A stretch of DNA of 63,990 nt, counting the filler, from Reticulomyxa filosa (Eukaryota; Protista; Foraminifera): assembly GCA_000512085.1 (NCBI GenBank). It is 23 parts of 23 records of this genome, joined end to end, with 100 filler letters (N's around TTAATTAATTAA, not from the genome) between each part and the next. Parts side by side here need not be neighbours in the genome. Positions count along the whole stretch, not along the records: positions 61,861 to 62,890 come from ASPP01013294.1; positions 62,991 to 63,990 come from ASPP01033898.1; 21 more parts are not named here. One strand, written 5' to 3'. The translations under genes were made by a program, and so were the position numbers. The notes beneath the pieces were generated by a model. The model worked only from the letters and a program-made list of their open reading frames with translations, made no database searches and had not been told where the DNA came from. Shown piece by piece: positions 62,750-63,990 of the stretch; position 1 is the first letter of the stretch, and the number at the start of each line of letters is the position of its first letter.

Positions 62750-63990
62750 TAATGGTTATGTGCATATAATATATATATATATATATATATATACATATGT
62801 ACACATATTATTTTATGTTTATATATTATGTTATATGCATATGAACAATCCATTTTCAAAGAGTATAACTCACAAAAAAAAAAAAAAAAANNNNNNNNNN
62901 NNNNNNNNNNNNNNNNNNNNNNNNNNNNNNNNNNTTAATTAATTAANNNNNNNNNNNNNNNNNNNNNNNNNNNNNNNNNNNNNNNNNNNNTTTTTTTTTT
63001 TTTGCTAACACAGACATTTCCAACAAAAAGTCCACTTGTTTTTTGAACAAAGTCCAAAATGAAGAAAAAAGAAAAGATCCACAGGCTTTTCGTTATTCTG
63101 GTTACAAACCATCTTCTAATAACTGACCTTGTGACAGTTATAACATTGGTACTGCAAATCAAAAAGTTTTTTTTATTAAAAAAAAATTCGTTTTGAGTGG
63201 AGAGGAAAAATATATATGTATATATTCTCCGAAAGTGCTCAAAAAAATCAATAAGCCACTACATCTGAGTGTTCAGGCACATCAACTTCCTGTTACTGTG
63301 CTTGTCTTCTCATTTTTCTCTTTCCACAAAACCGACAAGTGATACTTGTCTCTTTAATTTTTTAAAATGTGTTTTCTGAGAGAAGCATCATAAATGAGTA
63401 ACCATATTGTTACTACAAATGCCAACTTTTTTGTAAAATGTTATTAATCTTACCTAAGGAAACATATTCTCTTGCCAAAGAGCAGATTTTACCATGATCA
63501 AAACACTTAGAAGAAAACCACTATTTGGTCAGCAATGGCAGCAAATGTTTGGATCAGATTTATTTAAAGTTTTTCCAAGTTTCTTAGAGCCCGTCGCAAC
63601 ATCCGTTACTAGTAGCTCGAGTTGTAAGGCATACAAAAAAAAAGATTAACACAATTCAAAATGAAAAATAATTGGAAAAATAGAAAAACATGTACAATAT
63701 TTTTCTTTTACATTTTATATAAAAAAAAAATTGGACTTTGCACACAAAACGACTGCTTACATATCTTGAAATAAATTTGTAGTTTGTAAGGCAAAACGTT
63801 GAAGATGAAACTATTAACGTTGGTTATACTTTCTTGTATGATCTATTGTTCCATTCAATCGACAATATGTATTTTGAATAATGCCTTATACAAGAAACGG
63901 TTTCTCAGTTGTGTTAAGGATGTATACATAATGACAGGAGATAACGTGGCATTGAGAATGGACGTATATTTTCCAAGACCATTGACAGAC

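Noticed and set aside
6004-62990. Recurring TTAATTAATTAA motif as a biological repeat or CRISPR-like array
   Set aside because: It is always centred in exactly 44+44 N and is a synthetic six-frame-stop linker. Gene neighbourhoods across linkers therefore mean nothing.
1-63990. rRNA, tRNA, transposase/RT genes and CRISPR arrays
   Set aside because: None recognised by eye; tRNAscan-SE, Infernal and RepeatMasker would be needed to exclude them.

Overview
This window is not one locus. It is 23 unrelated short contigs joined by 22 artificial 100-nt linkers (44 N + TTAATTAATTAA + 44 N). Twenty-one contigs are AT-rich, intron-containing eukaryotic DNA. Their gene families, microsatellite-filled short introns and many pseudogenes suggest a rhizarian/foraminiferan genome such as Reticulomyxa filosa (inference). 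Two GC-rich contigs are bacterial: a uvrB fragment and a COG3899-type ATPase/sensor-kinase fragment. Two contig ends carry 454 paired-end adaptor remnants, so homopolymer frameshifts are expected. Recognisable eukaryotic genes are a cyclophilin, the PP4 catalytic subunit, ADF/cofilin, a membrane-anchored USP deubiquitinase, a HECT E3 ligase, a VAT-1-like oxidoreductase, a PPR-like protein, a DH-PH RhoGEF-like protein, an ADA2/SWIRM-like fragment, a 7TM-RGS-like protein, WD40 paralogs and an RRM/RD-rich protein. The best candidate for an undescribed system is contig 1 (1-6003). There a Kelch-like region, a SecA-like SF2 ATPase half and a vWA domain lie tail-to-tail with a caspase-like His/Cys protease gene that carries tandem N-terminal modules. 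This may be a protist innate-immunity or cell-death module. All calls come from reading motifs by eye; no database searches were run.
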